A DNA stretch of 64,000 nt. Source: Andalucia godoyi And28 (taxonomy: Eukaryota; Protista; Jakobida). Positions 8,775 through 19,900 of the stretch are shown one piece after another (position 1 is the stretch's first letter; each line of letters begins with the position of its first letter). The notes beneath the pieces were generated by a model. That model was not told the origin of the DNA. It did not search any database and saw only the letters and a program-made list of their open reading frames with translations. Location: assembly GCA_009859145.1 (NCBI GenBank), contig VRVR01000018.1, forward strand, positions 129,688 through 193,687, given 5' to 3'. The translations under genes were made by a program, and so were the position numbers.

Positions 8775-10118
8775 CTATACGCGTTCAAAACCTTCGCGCA
8801 TCTTGAGGAACGATCGCTCCAGCAGCTGCGAAATGTCCGTGGTTTCCGCCTCCCGTGCGCGACGTTCGTCGTCGATGGACGCAATCAGTCTGCGAGAATC
8901 CAGCTCTCGCGACTCGATTTCAGACTCGAGAGAGTGAGACACTCTCCAAAGGCGATCGTCGACGCTACGCAGTGCTTCGCCCAGTTTTGCCTCGACGGAT
9001 GAGAGTTCATCTCGAAACGCGGCCTTGACGACTGCAATGTGCTCCTGAGTTCTCAAGGTAGCGAGCCTGAACAGTTCGTCGCGAGTCTTGCGATCATTCT
9101 CGAGCACACCTTCGTACTCGCCTGTCTTATTCTCAAGCTGAAGAATCTGCTTGGAAATGGACCGTTCGATCTCCCTCTTCAGCGTGTCTACTGCAACCTG
9201 GGAGTCTTCGATAGCCCGTTTCAGCTCGGTGTCCTGATTCTCGAACTGGCGTTCCTTCTTTGCCTTTTCCTGTTCAAACGACGACTGCAGGGTGCAAATG
9301 GAGGACTGCAGAGTCTTCTTCAGTGTCTCGGACTCATCAATGCGTGCCTGGCGCTCACGGATCAACTCCTTGGACAAGTGCGCAATGGAATCAGTGTGCT
9401 TAGCTACGATCATTGTTTCCAAGTCGGTCCTCGACTTGATCTCTCGATCCAGAAGCGCCTTTTCTGCGGACGCGAGGTCTTCCACCTTGCCCATTCGGTT
9501 TTTCAAGCTCTCGACTTCGGACTCGACACGGCGAATGGAGTCTACAAGAGTCTTTTGCAGCGTCGCCGATCGGTCATCCATGACAGTAGACAGAGTCTTT
9601 TCCAGCGCATCTCGAGCGACGCGCTCCGATGCCATTTGCGTACAGAGCTTCTTGATGGTCTCTTCCATCTCTTGATTTTTGCGTTCAAGATTCCCCTGCT
9701 TGACCTGCAGAATTCGCAGCGTATCGCTTAGAGACGTGACTTTGGCGTCCTTCGTCGCCCTCGCCAGCTTCTGATTCTTCAAGTCCACGTCGATTTCAGA
9801 GAGCTTTTCCTTCAGGTTTGAGATTCTGTTCAGCGCAGACTGGTGGTTGCTCATGTCGCTGCTCGGAGATCCAGCAGCGGATGTCGACGGCCGGCTCATC
9901 GTGTCCAGCGACGAACCAAACAAGGAGCGCGACATGTGGAGAGCTTCGGACGGCGAGCCGACGTGATTCCACAACGCATTGCCCGGACTGCACGACACTG
10001 CCGGTGATCCCGAGCGATTCGCAGGGACAGTGCTCATCTGGGTCGGAGAGCGGCCGCTGGGCTGCAAGCGTCCTGCTGGAGGAAGAACCGTCGATGGAGA
10101 TGCAGTCGAAAAGTTCAT
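8775..10118 (-). CDS. SF-assemblin/beta-giardin-like segmented coiled-coil protein (447 aa)
   Basis: Ser/Pro-rich head followed by coiled coil. E-x-x-x-R/K motifs lie exactly 29 codons apart (9443, 9356, 9269). The C-terminus DERRAREAETTDISQLLERSFLKMREGFERV parallels the SF-assemblin end. Confidence 0.68.
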   Translation of the reverse strand: MNFSTASPSTVLPPAGRLQPSGRSPTQMSTVPANRSGSPAVSCSPGNALWNHVGSPSEALHMSRSLFGSSLDTMSRPSTSAAGSPSSDMSNHQSALNRISNLKEKLSEIDVDLKNQKLARATKDAKVTSLSDTLRILQVKQGNLERKNQEMEETIKKLCTQMASERVARDALEKTLSTVMDDRSATLQKTLVDSIRRVESEVESLKNRMGKVEDLASAEKALLDREIKSRTDLETMIVAKHTDSIAHLSKELIRERQARIDESETLKKTLQSSICTLQSSFEQEKAKKERQFENQDTELKRAIEDSQVAVDTLKREIERSISKQILQLENKTGEYEGVLENDRKTRDELFRLATLRTQEHIAVVKAAFRDELSSVEAKLGEALRSVDDRLWRVSHSLESEIESRELDSRRLIASIDDERRAREAETTDISQLLERSFLKMREGFERV

Positions 10119-10769
10119 TTTTCTCTGTTCCCCTCTTCAACACTGAACTGACCGATGCTCTGAATTAACGCAAACAATGCTTTTCAGAAGAAAAAAATGA
10201 AAAAAATCGAAAAATGAAGGAAAATGAAAGGGAAAAAATATGTATAGTTTCTGTGCGTCTCCTTTTCTTATTTTTTCTTTTGCAAAGTATTGCACTGACA
10301 GTCTGGAGGTTTTTAACGGGGACGATCAAACCACGCGAAAACAAAAAGTACTCGGACTGGCAGCACTCAGAAAGAAAGAGAGAGCAAACAGAGGAAGAAA
10401 AGCAAAAGAAGGAAAGGGGAAATTATGGGAGGTTTGCTCAGATGCAGGAATGACCGGAACACAGTACGTCGGAGCGCATTTCAACGTGGCCCGCGCATCC
10501 TTCCCTTTTAGCTTTGTGCGCTGTACATAGTACTGTACCGTACTGCGTGTATTTAAGGAGGTGGGGGAAAAAAACATGGTGCGAATGAGACGTTTGGCCG
10601 GGATGCAATGATGAGTGAAAATATCAGCAACGGCAGACAGGAAGGACAGAATGGCAATGTTGCATGATTGGCGGAGTGATACGTAACACATGAATAAAGA
10701 TACATTATACACTTTCAAACACTATACACTTGAGATCGAGAAAGCCAGCGACATGCGTTGGGACCATTG

Positions 10770-11922
10770 CTATACATTCGGTTTCGACGTGTTCGTCACG
10801 TAGTCTGCAAACGACGCCGGGGTGCGTTGCTTTGCGAGCAGCGATGAGAATACTGCGTTGAGCCACTGCGGAAACGACAAGAAGGACGAAGCAACGTTTG
10901 CAGCCTCGAGCAACTGCGTCAGCCGCGTGAGGATACCCTCGATATCGGAGCCTACACATCTGGTTTTGAGATCACGGACTGAAACCAGCAGATCGGAAAT
11001 GAGGACCTTCCTGCTTCTCGTCTTGTCGCGTTCCGCAAACGCAAGCTCGCATGCCCTGAGCAGATCCTGTGCAACCAAACACGCCTTGATGCCCTCGAGG
11101 AACTCCTCAAACGACATTCCTCGGATGGAAAACGAAGATGCTATTGCTCCGGATTTCAGCGAAGTAGCATACACGGAGACCGACTCGGTTGGTACACCGT
11201 GATGATCATGCACGTCTCCTCCAACAGACGAAAATGCACACACAAGAAGCCGCGCAACATCCGGTGGAAAATCGTCACAGAGCGATCGGTACACTTTGTG
11301 CTCATCACCGGTCTTGAGCGAAAGCCATGCATTCAACGCGGTGGCTTCCAGCTTTGGTGCCGAAGGGTTCATCTTGTAGTTCGTACTGCTGGAAACCCCT
11401 CTTGGACTCAGCGACCCTTCGTCATCGCTTCGAGACCCAGGCTTTCCAAACTGGTCCGCTGTTGAAAGTCGGATCATTGCAGCCGCACGTGAATACGACG
11501 TGATGGCCGTACCCGAGCTCGATGCATAGTTTGAGAAGCCCACTCCAAGATTCCTAAAATACGATGCAAGAAACTCAATTGGATCTTTCGGTCGGATCTC
11601 CGATAGCAAGGACATTGCGTCACGAACACATCCAGATACTCCATGCCGCTCTAACGCAAAAAAAAAAATAATCAGTATGATTAGACCATCATCATGTAGG
11701 GTTTTTGCAATTTGCAGTTTCAAGTTTGAGATTTGAGATTTAAGATATGGCATCTTGTCCTCCTCCTTCCCGCCAAGCGGTTGATAAAACAAGCGAGTGA
11801 GAGAGTAAACGTCAGCTTGGGGACATACCTAGAAACAAGTCTGCAGATTGGACTGCTGAAACGTCCGTCTCCCGCTCTTTCAACGGAGCACCTCCCCGCG
11901 CACTCACATTACTACGCAGCAT
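10770..11922 (-). CDS. TPGS1: Tubulin polyglutamylase complex subunit 1-like; two exons (11922-11829, 11650-10770), 324 aa
   Basis: Splicing gives ADLFLERHGVSGCVRDAMSLLSEIRPKDPIEFLASYFRNLG, an RIIa/Dpy-30-like N-terminus matching TPGS1 (EDFLRQVGV...RPEEPIAFLAHYFENMG). The later MSFEEFLEGIKACLV block also fits. Confidence 0.8.
11651..11828 (-). other. Spliceosomal intron, 178 nt, phase 1
   Basis: Donor GTATGT, branch-like CTAAT, poly-T tract and TTAG acceptor. Removal restores the conserved TPGS1 reading. Confidence 0.85.
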
Positions 11923-12128
11923 TTGATTGTCGCAGCACACCAACTCCACCGAAGCTTTGATCCCTCGCACAATCGCTGTTTTTCCGTCACCTGTTGTTAA
12001 CACTATCTGTTGAGACTTTATCGTCATTCTCTCACTCGAAAAGGTTTTACCCACCACTCTGAGCTGTGTTACAGCAGTTGACACGTTTTTTCCCCATGTC
12101 TTTTCTCAACTGGCGCTAGGGTGCTTGG

Positions 12129-12737
12129 TTACTGTGACTGTGACTGCAGCTGCGGGCTGGCTCCTGGAACTGGTGCTTCCTGAAGAGCTGGAGCTGGAAC
12201 AGCGCTTGGAGGATGTGGAGGTGCAGCATGGAGATTGGAAGCTTTGAGTTCCCTTTCCTTTGACATGAACACAATAGCAGACGAGGCAAGCGAGGCAGCG
12301 GCGCCGGCAGTCAGCATCCACCGAAGTCGTTTGTACCAAGGCGGGAAGTCGGAGACAGTCTGGTCGACTCCGTTTGCGATGATCAAGTACATTCCCTGTG
12401 CAGTCAGATGGAGCACTGGTTTATCGTGCAATGCAACGAGCGATGTCCATGAAGCGATGCTTGGAACGACCGAGTACACGAAATCCGTCCTAAAATCATT
12501 TGTCTGGGTCGCCTGGCTCAGGCGGTGGCCCCAGTGAACAGCCCCAAGAAACGACGCAATGGACGCTGCATAGGTGGTGTGAAACAGAACCGCAGTCGCT
12601 AGCGAAGGCATCGAATCCGCAAGAGAAATTAGTATTGGAGAAGACACAAAAGGTACTAGTCCGGAAAACCCAAGCAACACTGGTACTCTGGGTGCATTCT
12701 GAAAGCCTAAGCTGTTCAGTATACGCGATACGGACAT
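12129..12737 (-). CDS. TMEM69: TMEM69/DUF3429 membrane protein
   Basis: PVLLGFSGLVPF, YAASIASFLGAVHWG, YSVVPSIASW and PPWYKRLRWMLT motifs. The start is uncertain and an upstream exon is possible. Confidence 0.85.
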   Translation of the reverse strand: MSVSRILNSLGFQNAPRVPVLLGFSGLVPFVSSPILISLADSMPSLATAVLFHTTYAASIASFLGAVHWGHRLSQATQTNDFRTDFVYSVVPSIASWTSLVALHDKPVLHLTAQGMYLIIANGVDQTVSDFPPWYKRLRWMLTAGAAASLASSAIVFMSKERELKASNLHAAPPHPPSAVPAPALQEAPVPGASPQLQSQSQ

Positions 12738-13091
12738 TCCACCACTCTCGCTGTCAATACGAAATGAAGACAACACCGCATCGTCGATGCTAGTATTTTT
12801 CTGTTCAGAAAATAAAATAAAAAGATGAATAATACAGTAACACAATCACGAAGACATCTACTGTAGAGCGCACGAGACAACCTAAAAAAAAAAAGAAAAA
12901 GAAAAGACATTCCATCAATTGACGCTGCCATTGTTTTCCCCTCCATCTTTCAGCCTGCATAGTCCAAAAGTTGCAACAGAAACCATGGTCTGCGTATTGG
13001 TTGTTCTGTTAGTAGGTGCATTCGCAATTTTGAATACAAGAAGAAGGAAAAAAAGAAGAAGAAGGAGAAAGAGAAGGAAGGGGAGCAAAGG

Positions 13092-14969
13092 ATGTCGGGA
13101 GCTCGAAGACGAAAAGTGACTTCTCGTTCTCGATCGTCGTCAGTGAATGAGCGATGGCGCGTGACGGATGATATCGAAATTGTGCGACTTGCGACCCAGG
13201 GATATCCGCTGCATGCCATTCCAAAGCTTGCGCAGCTCAGCTACCCATTTACAGTCCAAGATGTGACGGCTCGCTGGGACTCGTTACTGCATGATGAACC
13301 GCTTGCAGACGCAGTGACGAAGCAAATCTCTGTCTTTTTGGACACGCAGAACAAGCGTGTTCCGTGGACTGCGACCGAAGACCAAATTCTCACGGATGAA
13401 TACCTCAAGAAGGGAATTGTGAATTTCGATTTTATGCTCGACAAGTTTCGGCAGGTGTTCCATCCTTCGCGGACCGCGAAATCGGTCGAAGCGCACTTTT
13501 ACAAGCTTCGTCGAGCAGGGAAGCTACCAGATCTGGCTCCTTTGCCAACGCTGAAGCACGAAGGCTCGCGGTCAAAGGAGCCTTTGAAAAAGAGGAGAAG
13601 AGGGGCAAAGGGCGAGGCGTTGCGTGTTTCTGGAAATGACAAGGACACAGACGTCCAAGTGGAAGCCGGCGAAGAAGCAGAAGAACTCCCGAATCTGCGG
13701 CTTCATGATGACGATGAAGAAGAGGACGATGCGGAGGAAGCGCTCGAAGAGGAAGCAGAAGCGGAAGCAGAGGTAGAAGAGATGGATGTGGAAGAAGACG
13801 AGGGAGAAGAGGGGGAGTTGGATGAGGAGGAGGAAGAAGAAATTGAGGATGGTGACGGCGGGAATGTTGAAAAATCGTTTACTGCTGATGATTTTGATGC
13901 ACACGCGGAAAGCGTGGAGGCGCATGTCACTGCAGCAACTCCAAATGTTAAAGTGCGGGACACAGATATCGACGCAGATGCAGATGCGGATGCGGATGTA
14001 GATGCGGATGTAGATGCGAATGAAGATGCGAATGAAGATGATTTGGAGGAGGAGCAAGGAGTCGATGATTTGGAAGATGAAAGTGGCTTGAATGCATCGA
14101 ACGCCTCGTCCAAGATTTTTTCCACTCGCAAACACAGCAAACATCATGATGATGATGACGATGTTGAGGATGACAATGACAATGATGATGATGATGATGA
14201 TGATGGTGCTGATGATGATGGTGCTGGTAGTGGTGGCGACAACGACGATGACGACGACGGCGACGACGATGATGACGATGACGACGACGATGTTGATGAC
14301 GACGAGGAGGTGGAAAATCACGAAGACGGACATGCCGACGAGAAAGTTGGGGACGGAGCGGGGGATGCACGAAGAGACAATGGCGACGGCTACGAGTCTG
14401 GGCCTGAGCAACCGGTAGGCAAGGCTCGAGAAGAAGTAACTGGGATTGACGATGACGATGACGATGACGATGAAGAAGGCGATGCACTACCGAACGACTT
14501 TTCTGACATGGAAGAAGAAGAAATTGAAAACTTGTCCGATGATGAGCCACGAGTGTCTCATCGACAAGGTTTGAGCAAAAAACAAAAAGCAGAGCTTGCG
14601 AAGATGGAGGATGTGCATGCCACGGAAAACTATGCTCATTTACGAATTCAGGGTTCACTGCGGGATGTTTCCACTCAACAAGTGTACAAGCTCGTTTCGC
14701 CGAAAACGCTCTTCATGTACGATGGGTCTTTCAGGCCAAGCAGGTTCCAAGATGAACACACGAAGGTGGCGGACTGCATTGCGTTACTCACCGTCGACCA
14801 GTCCATTTGGAGGCTTGGTCACGTGAGCCATCGCGAACTTCCAACTGCTGGCTCCCGCACACGAGTTGCGGTGAACGGTGCCGAAGTTCCTCCAGACCAC
14901 ACACGGCTGCTGATGAACTCTTCAAAAATCGAAATTGGCACAAAGGTGTGGACATTCTACACGCAGTAA
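13092..14969 (+). CDS. MCRS1: Microspherule protein 1-like (MCRS_N domain, long acidic insert, C-terminal FHA-like domain)
   Basis: WRVTDDIEIV...FTVQDVTARWDSLLHD and F..SRTAKSVEAHF match MCRS_N. The C-terminus VNG...LMNSSKIEIG..WTF matches the MCRS1 FHA end. Confidence 0.8.
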   Translation: MSGARRRKVTSRSRSSSVNERWRVTDDIEIVRLATQGYPLHAIPKLAQLSYPFTVQDVTARWDSLLHDEPLADAVTKQISVFLDTQNKRVPWTATEDQILTDEYLKKGIVNFDFMLDKFRQVFHPSRTAKSVEAHFYKLRRAGKLPDLAPLPTLKHEGSRSKEPLKKRRRGAKGEALRVSGNDKDTDVQVEAGEEAEELPNLRLHDDDEEEDDAEEALEEEAEAEAEVEEMDVEEDEGEEGELDEEEEEEIEDGDGGNVEKSFTADDFDAHAESVEAHVTAATPNVKVRDTDIDADADADADVDADVDANEDANEDDLEEEQGVDDLEDESGLNASNASSKIFSTRKHSKHHDDDDDVEDDNDNDDDDDDDGADDDGAGSGGDNDDDDDGDDDDDDDDDDVDDDEEVENHEDGHADEKVGDGAGDARRDNGDGYESGPEQPVGKAREEVTGIDDDDDDDDEEGDALPNDFSDMEEEEIENLSDDEPRVSHRQGLSKKQKAELAKMEDVHATENYAHLRIQGSLRDVSTQQVYKLVSPKTLFMYDGSFRPSRFQDEHTKVADCIALLTVDQSIWRLGHVSHRELPTAGSRTRVAVNGAEVPPDHTRLLMNSSKIEIGTKVWTFYTQ

Positions 14970-15049
14970 CGTAAAGTACAGTGGCCGTACGTGCTGGTTG
15001 AAATCACTTGGCCACAACAGGACAAGGGCTGGCTGTTGTTGCCTGTTAG

Positions 15050-15847
15050 TCAATGAACAACAATCAGAGAATACTGTTTCTTGCCCTGCCGAATCAGTAA
15101 GTACTTGCCTCCAAGGAGATCGTTCCCATTCACAATTTGAGAATCGTCTGCAACCCTTTTCAAGTTGCAGGACAGCCCGCCCTCCGAGACGAGACGTCGA
15201 AGCGATCCTTTCGACACGAAGACTTTCGCAGAGACGAGAACGTCTAATAAAGATTTCCCCAGCACAACAGACTGGCTGACTCGGAAGATGGGTGCTTTGG
15301 CATCCATGAACAGTCGTTCAACTTCTTGGGGATCCTTGAGGAGCAATTCCAAATCAAGAGAGCCAAAAAGGAATGCCGATACTCGCAACGCACGCTTGAG
15401 CTCCTCAGCACCACGAACAGCACTCGTAACGTTGTCTGCAAGCAATTTCTGCACCTCGTTTGGGATTACCGACTTCGATGCCTCCTCGCACTGCTCAATC
15501 GGCAATGTCGTGAGCATCGGCAACAGTTTTCTTGCGGTCGCGTCATCCATTCTCATCAAATACTGATAAAAGTCATATGATGACGTTCTCGCCGGTGACA
15601 AGAACACCGCGTTACCTGCTGACTTGCCAATCTTTTCGCCAGAAGCACTTGTGAGCAGCGGAATCGTAACTCCCGCTACGGATTGCGGAATAAGATCAGA
15701 GCCCATTGTGATGTTTCCCCATTGATCCGAGCCACCCACCTGGATTCGGACATTCTAGAGACGCGAAAAACAACAAGAACAAAGAACAGTAAGTACCAGG
15801 ATCGATCTTGCCACAGAAACAAGAAGAATCAGGAAAACGAGGCAGCT

Positions 15848-15923
<76 letters not shown>

Positions 15924-16516
15924 CATACCCTTGTTTGGAACAAGTGTGAGAAATCAAAAGCTTGAAGTAGTGGATACGAGAACTCGGTAAAGGAAATACC
16001 GTCTGATGACTCCAATCGCGACTTCATAGAGTCCAGCCGAAGCATGTGGTTCACTCGGAACTTCTTTCCAACGTCTCTCGCAAAGTCAATAAACGTCATC
16101 TTCCCCAACCAGTCATTGTTGTTGAGAACAGAAACGTTTGGAATCACTCTTTGTATATCTCCTCTGATTCCCTGCACATTGAGCTCAATTTGCTCTCGAT
16201 TCAGCAGGCTGCGCTCCGCAGATCGACCAGACGGATCCCCAATCATGCCTGTCGCACCACCAACAACTGCATGCACTCCAAATCCATGCTCAGCAAACAC
16301 TTTCAATGTCTGTAACACAGCAAGGGAGCCTATGTGCAGAGAATCTGCAGTCGGATCAAATCCTGCATACACTCCAAATGGCTTTGCTGCATCAAACTCG
16401 CTCAGAACATGCGCGACATTGTCGGTTGCGCGGTACAAGAGACCTCTAGAACGAAGATGAGATACTACGTGCACTGCAGACTTTCGTCCCAAAGTCGTGA
16501 ACGTCCGGCGCTGCAT
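15050..16516 (-). CDS. YARS2: Tyrosyl-tRNA synthetase, mitochondrial/bacterial type; two exons (16516-15929, 15754-15050), 430 aa
   Basis: YAGFDPTADSLHIG (HIGH), FTEFSYPLLQAFDF, QVGGSDQWGNI, KIGKS (KMSKS) and a C-terminal S4-like domain. The basic N-terminus resembles a presequence. Confidence 0.95.
15755..15928 (-). other. Spliceosomal intron, 174 nt, phase 0, containing a (TC)n microsatellite
   Basis: Donor GTATGC after codon AGG, branch-like TACTTAC, acceptor CTCTAG. Splicing joins FQTR to NVRIQVGGSDQW. Confidence 0.92.
15852..15920. repeat. (GA)n microsatellite inside the TyrRS intron
   Basis: Uninterrupted AG dinucleotide run. Confidence 0.97.
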
Positions 16517-16783
16517 CCCCACGGCCCGGCCCCTCCGCTCCTCTTCCTCTCACCAAGCGCACTGCACCGGATTGCGAAACGCCATTGCGGATTCCGAAAT
16601 TAACAGACAGGTCTCAATGGGTTTTTCAGCAGGGAACGATTTGATGCTTGAGGGCACTGGCTTCTTCCTTTCATTTTTCAGAAAAATTTTCGCTTTCTTT
16701 TTTGCCCTTAAAAGACCTCACCAATGCCCGAATTGCACCGCGTTTTCTTATTCTTTGGTTTCGTCTTTTCTCTTCTGCTGTTA

Positions 16784-16855
16784 TTGTTATTCTTGTTATT
16801 CTTGTTATTCTTGTTATTCTTGTTATTCTTGTTATTCTTGTTATTCTTGTTATTC
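16784..16855. repeat. (TTGTTATTC)8 tandem repeat
   Basis: Eight perfect 9-bp units in the divergent TyrRS/GCN1 intergenic region. Confidence 0.95.
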
Positions 16856-16922
16856 TTGTTGTTGGTATTATTATTATTATTCTTATTATTAGTGGTACTA
16901 TTATTTTGGATTCATCTCTACA

Positions 16923-19900
16923 ATGTCGGCAAACGTTGATGATGTAGCTGGTATTCCACAGATGGATTTTGCAATTGGCATGTTCGCGCTGACGAATCCA
17001 TCCGTGAAGTTTCAGCAGACGTTTCTGCACACTCAATTCCAACCATGGCTGGATGCCACGGACGCAACAGTGTTTCAGGAATCGCAGGCATCAGAATTTG
17101 TAGCGTTTCTTTCTCATATTCTGATTTCAAGACCGCCGTATCCAGAGACGCAACATGCGATTGAAGACGTGATTTACAAGTTGTGCAAAGCAGCGTCGGT
17201 GTCAGAGCTCACTCCTGCACAAAAGTCTCTGATTGAGAAGTTAAACCAGTTCTTTATGGTTACATTCAAAAGGGCTACTGCTACATTGATAATGAATCCT
17301 TCGATGCCTCAAGGGACTGTGCTGCAGCTCGTAAGATACATCACTGCGTTTATTGGCTCGGTGTTCAACCTTGGGGTTCCTTTTTTCAATACGGTTGCAT
17401 CGTGGCAAGCGTGTGCAATGAACATGAATCTGATCGGAAACCACGGATCGAAAAACCGAGCATTCATGAAAAGGATGCTGTCCGTTGTCGCCAAAGAGGG
17501 GCGTCTGGAGGAGTTGATGGACAAGTACGCCGCATACTTTCTGAGTTCTGAATCCAGTGCATCCGTTGGGCTACTTGCTCTTCTTGATGCGCTTCTATCG
17601 TATTTCTTCCATGTTCCGTCCCCTCTGAAGATTTCGTACACAAAACATGCAGATACATTGTTCCACGTTGCTGTGAGAATCCTTGCAGACTGCCGATTGC
17701 GCGTTGCGGATAGCCAGGCACGGCCGATTGTGTTGTTTTTGATGAAGGAGGGCGTGATTCCTCAAGAAAAAGTTGCGGGATTGTTCCAAAATTCCGTCAT
17801 CCCTGCGCTGCAGCGGTCTCTCCTGCGATCGCCGGAGAACGTTGCAGGGGCGACAGCGTTCATCCTGGAGAAGCTTTCCTTTGTGGACATGTCAGCCCAT
17901 GCGAAAAAAATGTTTGAGAACTGCTGCACAATGTTAAAATCTACGAACCCGTTGGTTGTTAAGGATGGTGCACGGTTGGCCACCGCGCTGTACGCCCGTA
18001 CAAAGGATCAGAAGGCTGCAGCGGAAGGCGCAACAGAGATTGCGAGGCTGCTTCGGTCAAAGCCTTCCGAGGCGTCGCAAGCAGCGATTCTGGATTTCAT
18101 ATCCAAGCACTACGACCCTAGTACCATGAATGTGTGTGTGGATGCCGCACTTGAGGTGGAGGGAAATCCGCAGGCGTTTGGGCGACTTTTGAAACTCCAT
18201 TGCAATGCTGCCTCCCTGAAGTCTTCCTTCAAGAATGAGGCGCTAGTCGTTGAAGCTCTGCGCTTCTTGGTGCATCACCCGTCACACGCCGCAGACATCA
18301 CCAAGGAATTGGAAATGTTGCTTACTCAAAAGAAGAACTCGGTTCCCGAGAAAGTGTTCCTTGCACATATTTTGAATATTCCGTCGAAGGACTTTTTCTT
18401 GGATGTCGAAGTCTTCAAGAAGATATCGTCCGCTTCAGACCGTTTGATTTTGGCCGAATACTTGTTTCGCTCCGATGGTTTTGGTTTGCTAAAACTGCTG
18501 CTGGCTGGAGATGCGAATCGCCGTGTACGGTCTTACGCGTTGCAGCGGTTCTCATTAGAGCTCCTCAAGGACTTTGACGCCGCGCACGTCACGAGAGAGA
18601 ATTTGACGGGCATTATGCTGAATGCTCCCAAGGCAAGCATTAGTTCTTTGACGCCGGTTGAGAGCGTGGGCATGCTGCTGGATGCAGCATCTCAGCATCT
18701 TGTTGATTGTGTGGTCGTTGATGGGCACTTCAACGTCGGACACGCTGTCGAGTGTGTCCACCGAGTGCGTTTTGGATTTTCCGTGGGCATCCTCTGCCGA
18801 ATATCGGAATCCGCTGCTCCTATTGAAGAATATTTTTCACGCAGGATTCCACAATTGGCGAAGAGTTTGCGTGAACTGAACGATCTCCCTATGGAGGACA
18901 TTTCTATTTATGAAGCATCTTTCCTGCCCCGAATTGCAGAGGATGTCGCAACCCCCACGCAGACTTCCGCCTCTGTATCAAAGGGGAAGAAGCCTGCGCT
19001 TTCGGCGCTCGATAAGAAAAATCTGGAGAAGGAAAAGGTCCAGAAAGAGAAGGAGGCGGAAGCGGTTAAGCTGGTCACAGAGACTATTGAGCAGGCCAAG
19101 AAGAATATTTTGGAGGTGTCTTCCGTCTTTGTGTCCGCTGCCCGCTTTGGTCGTGAGTTCTCTCCTGCCGTTACTACACTGCTGTTTCCTGGGCTGTCAT
19201 CGAAGTATATCCACAACGAGTGTTTTGAAGCACTGAGAAACCTTGTTCGCTGCGTTTGCTATGGACACGGCATGGCACCCTTTTCGCAGCTTGACGAAAA
19301 TGCTGCAGAATCGGTTGAGGATGCCGAATCTCTGATGCGAATGCAAGAGCTGATCTTGCTTGCTCGTCGACTGTTTGGCTCGTCTCTCGATCCTACTCGC
19401 AGCGCCGTCGACGACGAAGTTCCGTTCGCCTTCCGCTTGCTGTCGCAGTTTTTGGAGCGCTTGGCAGGTCGACCTCTTTCCGAGTATGCGTTTCTATTCT
19501 TCTATCCTGTTTGTGACCGTATCATTTCAGATGAACAATTCGGCTTGGAAGAAGAAGTTTTGTCAATGGCTCTCGCCTTGCTTTCGATGCATTCGCCTTT
19601 GAAATCTTTGTACCGACGAACGGATGTGCTGGCGACGCTGATCAAAGTATTCGACAGTCAGTTTGCGTCTTTGTACCGCACTGCTGCTCAGTCTATCACA
19701 ATTGCTGCGTCGCACGCGACGCTTGCAGAACTCGACCCTGTGGTGAATGGCCTTCTTGCAGAGCGCGAAATTGTACGCGCTGCTTGTTTGAACGCGCTGG
19801 ATGCGTGCCCTGTTCTCAAACAAGTTGATTTGTTTTCTCCTGAATCTCATTTGCTTTCTCGAAATTTGATGATTGCCAGCTGTGTGAGTGATCGAGGTGC

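Noticed and set aside
10608-10700. ATGATGA box C candidate in the SF-assemblin/TPGS1 spacer
   Set aside because: No downstream CTGA box D and no terminal stem.
13572-14658. Long antisense and alternate-frame ORFs with poly-His, Ile, Ser or Met
   Set aside because: Translations of the GAT/GAC/GAA repeats in the MCRS1 acidic tract.
16497-17042. ORFs with (VIL)n, (CYS)n, (ITR)n or (LLF)n repeats resembling membrane or Cys-rich peptides
   Set aside because: All derive from the (TTGTTATTC)8 array.
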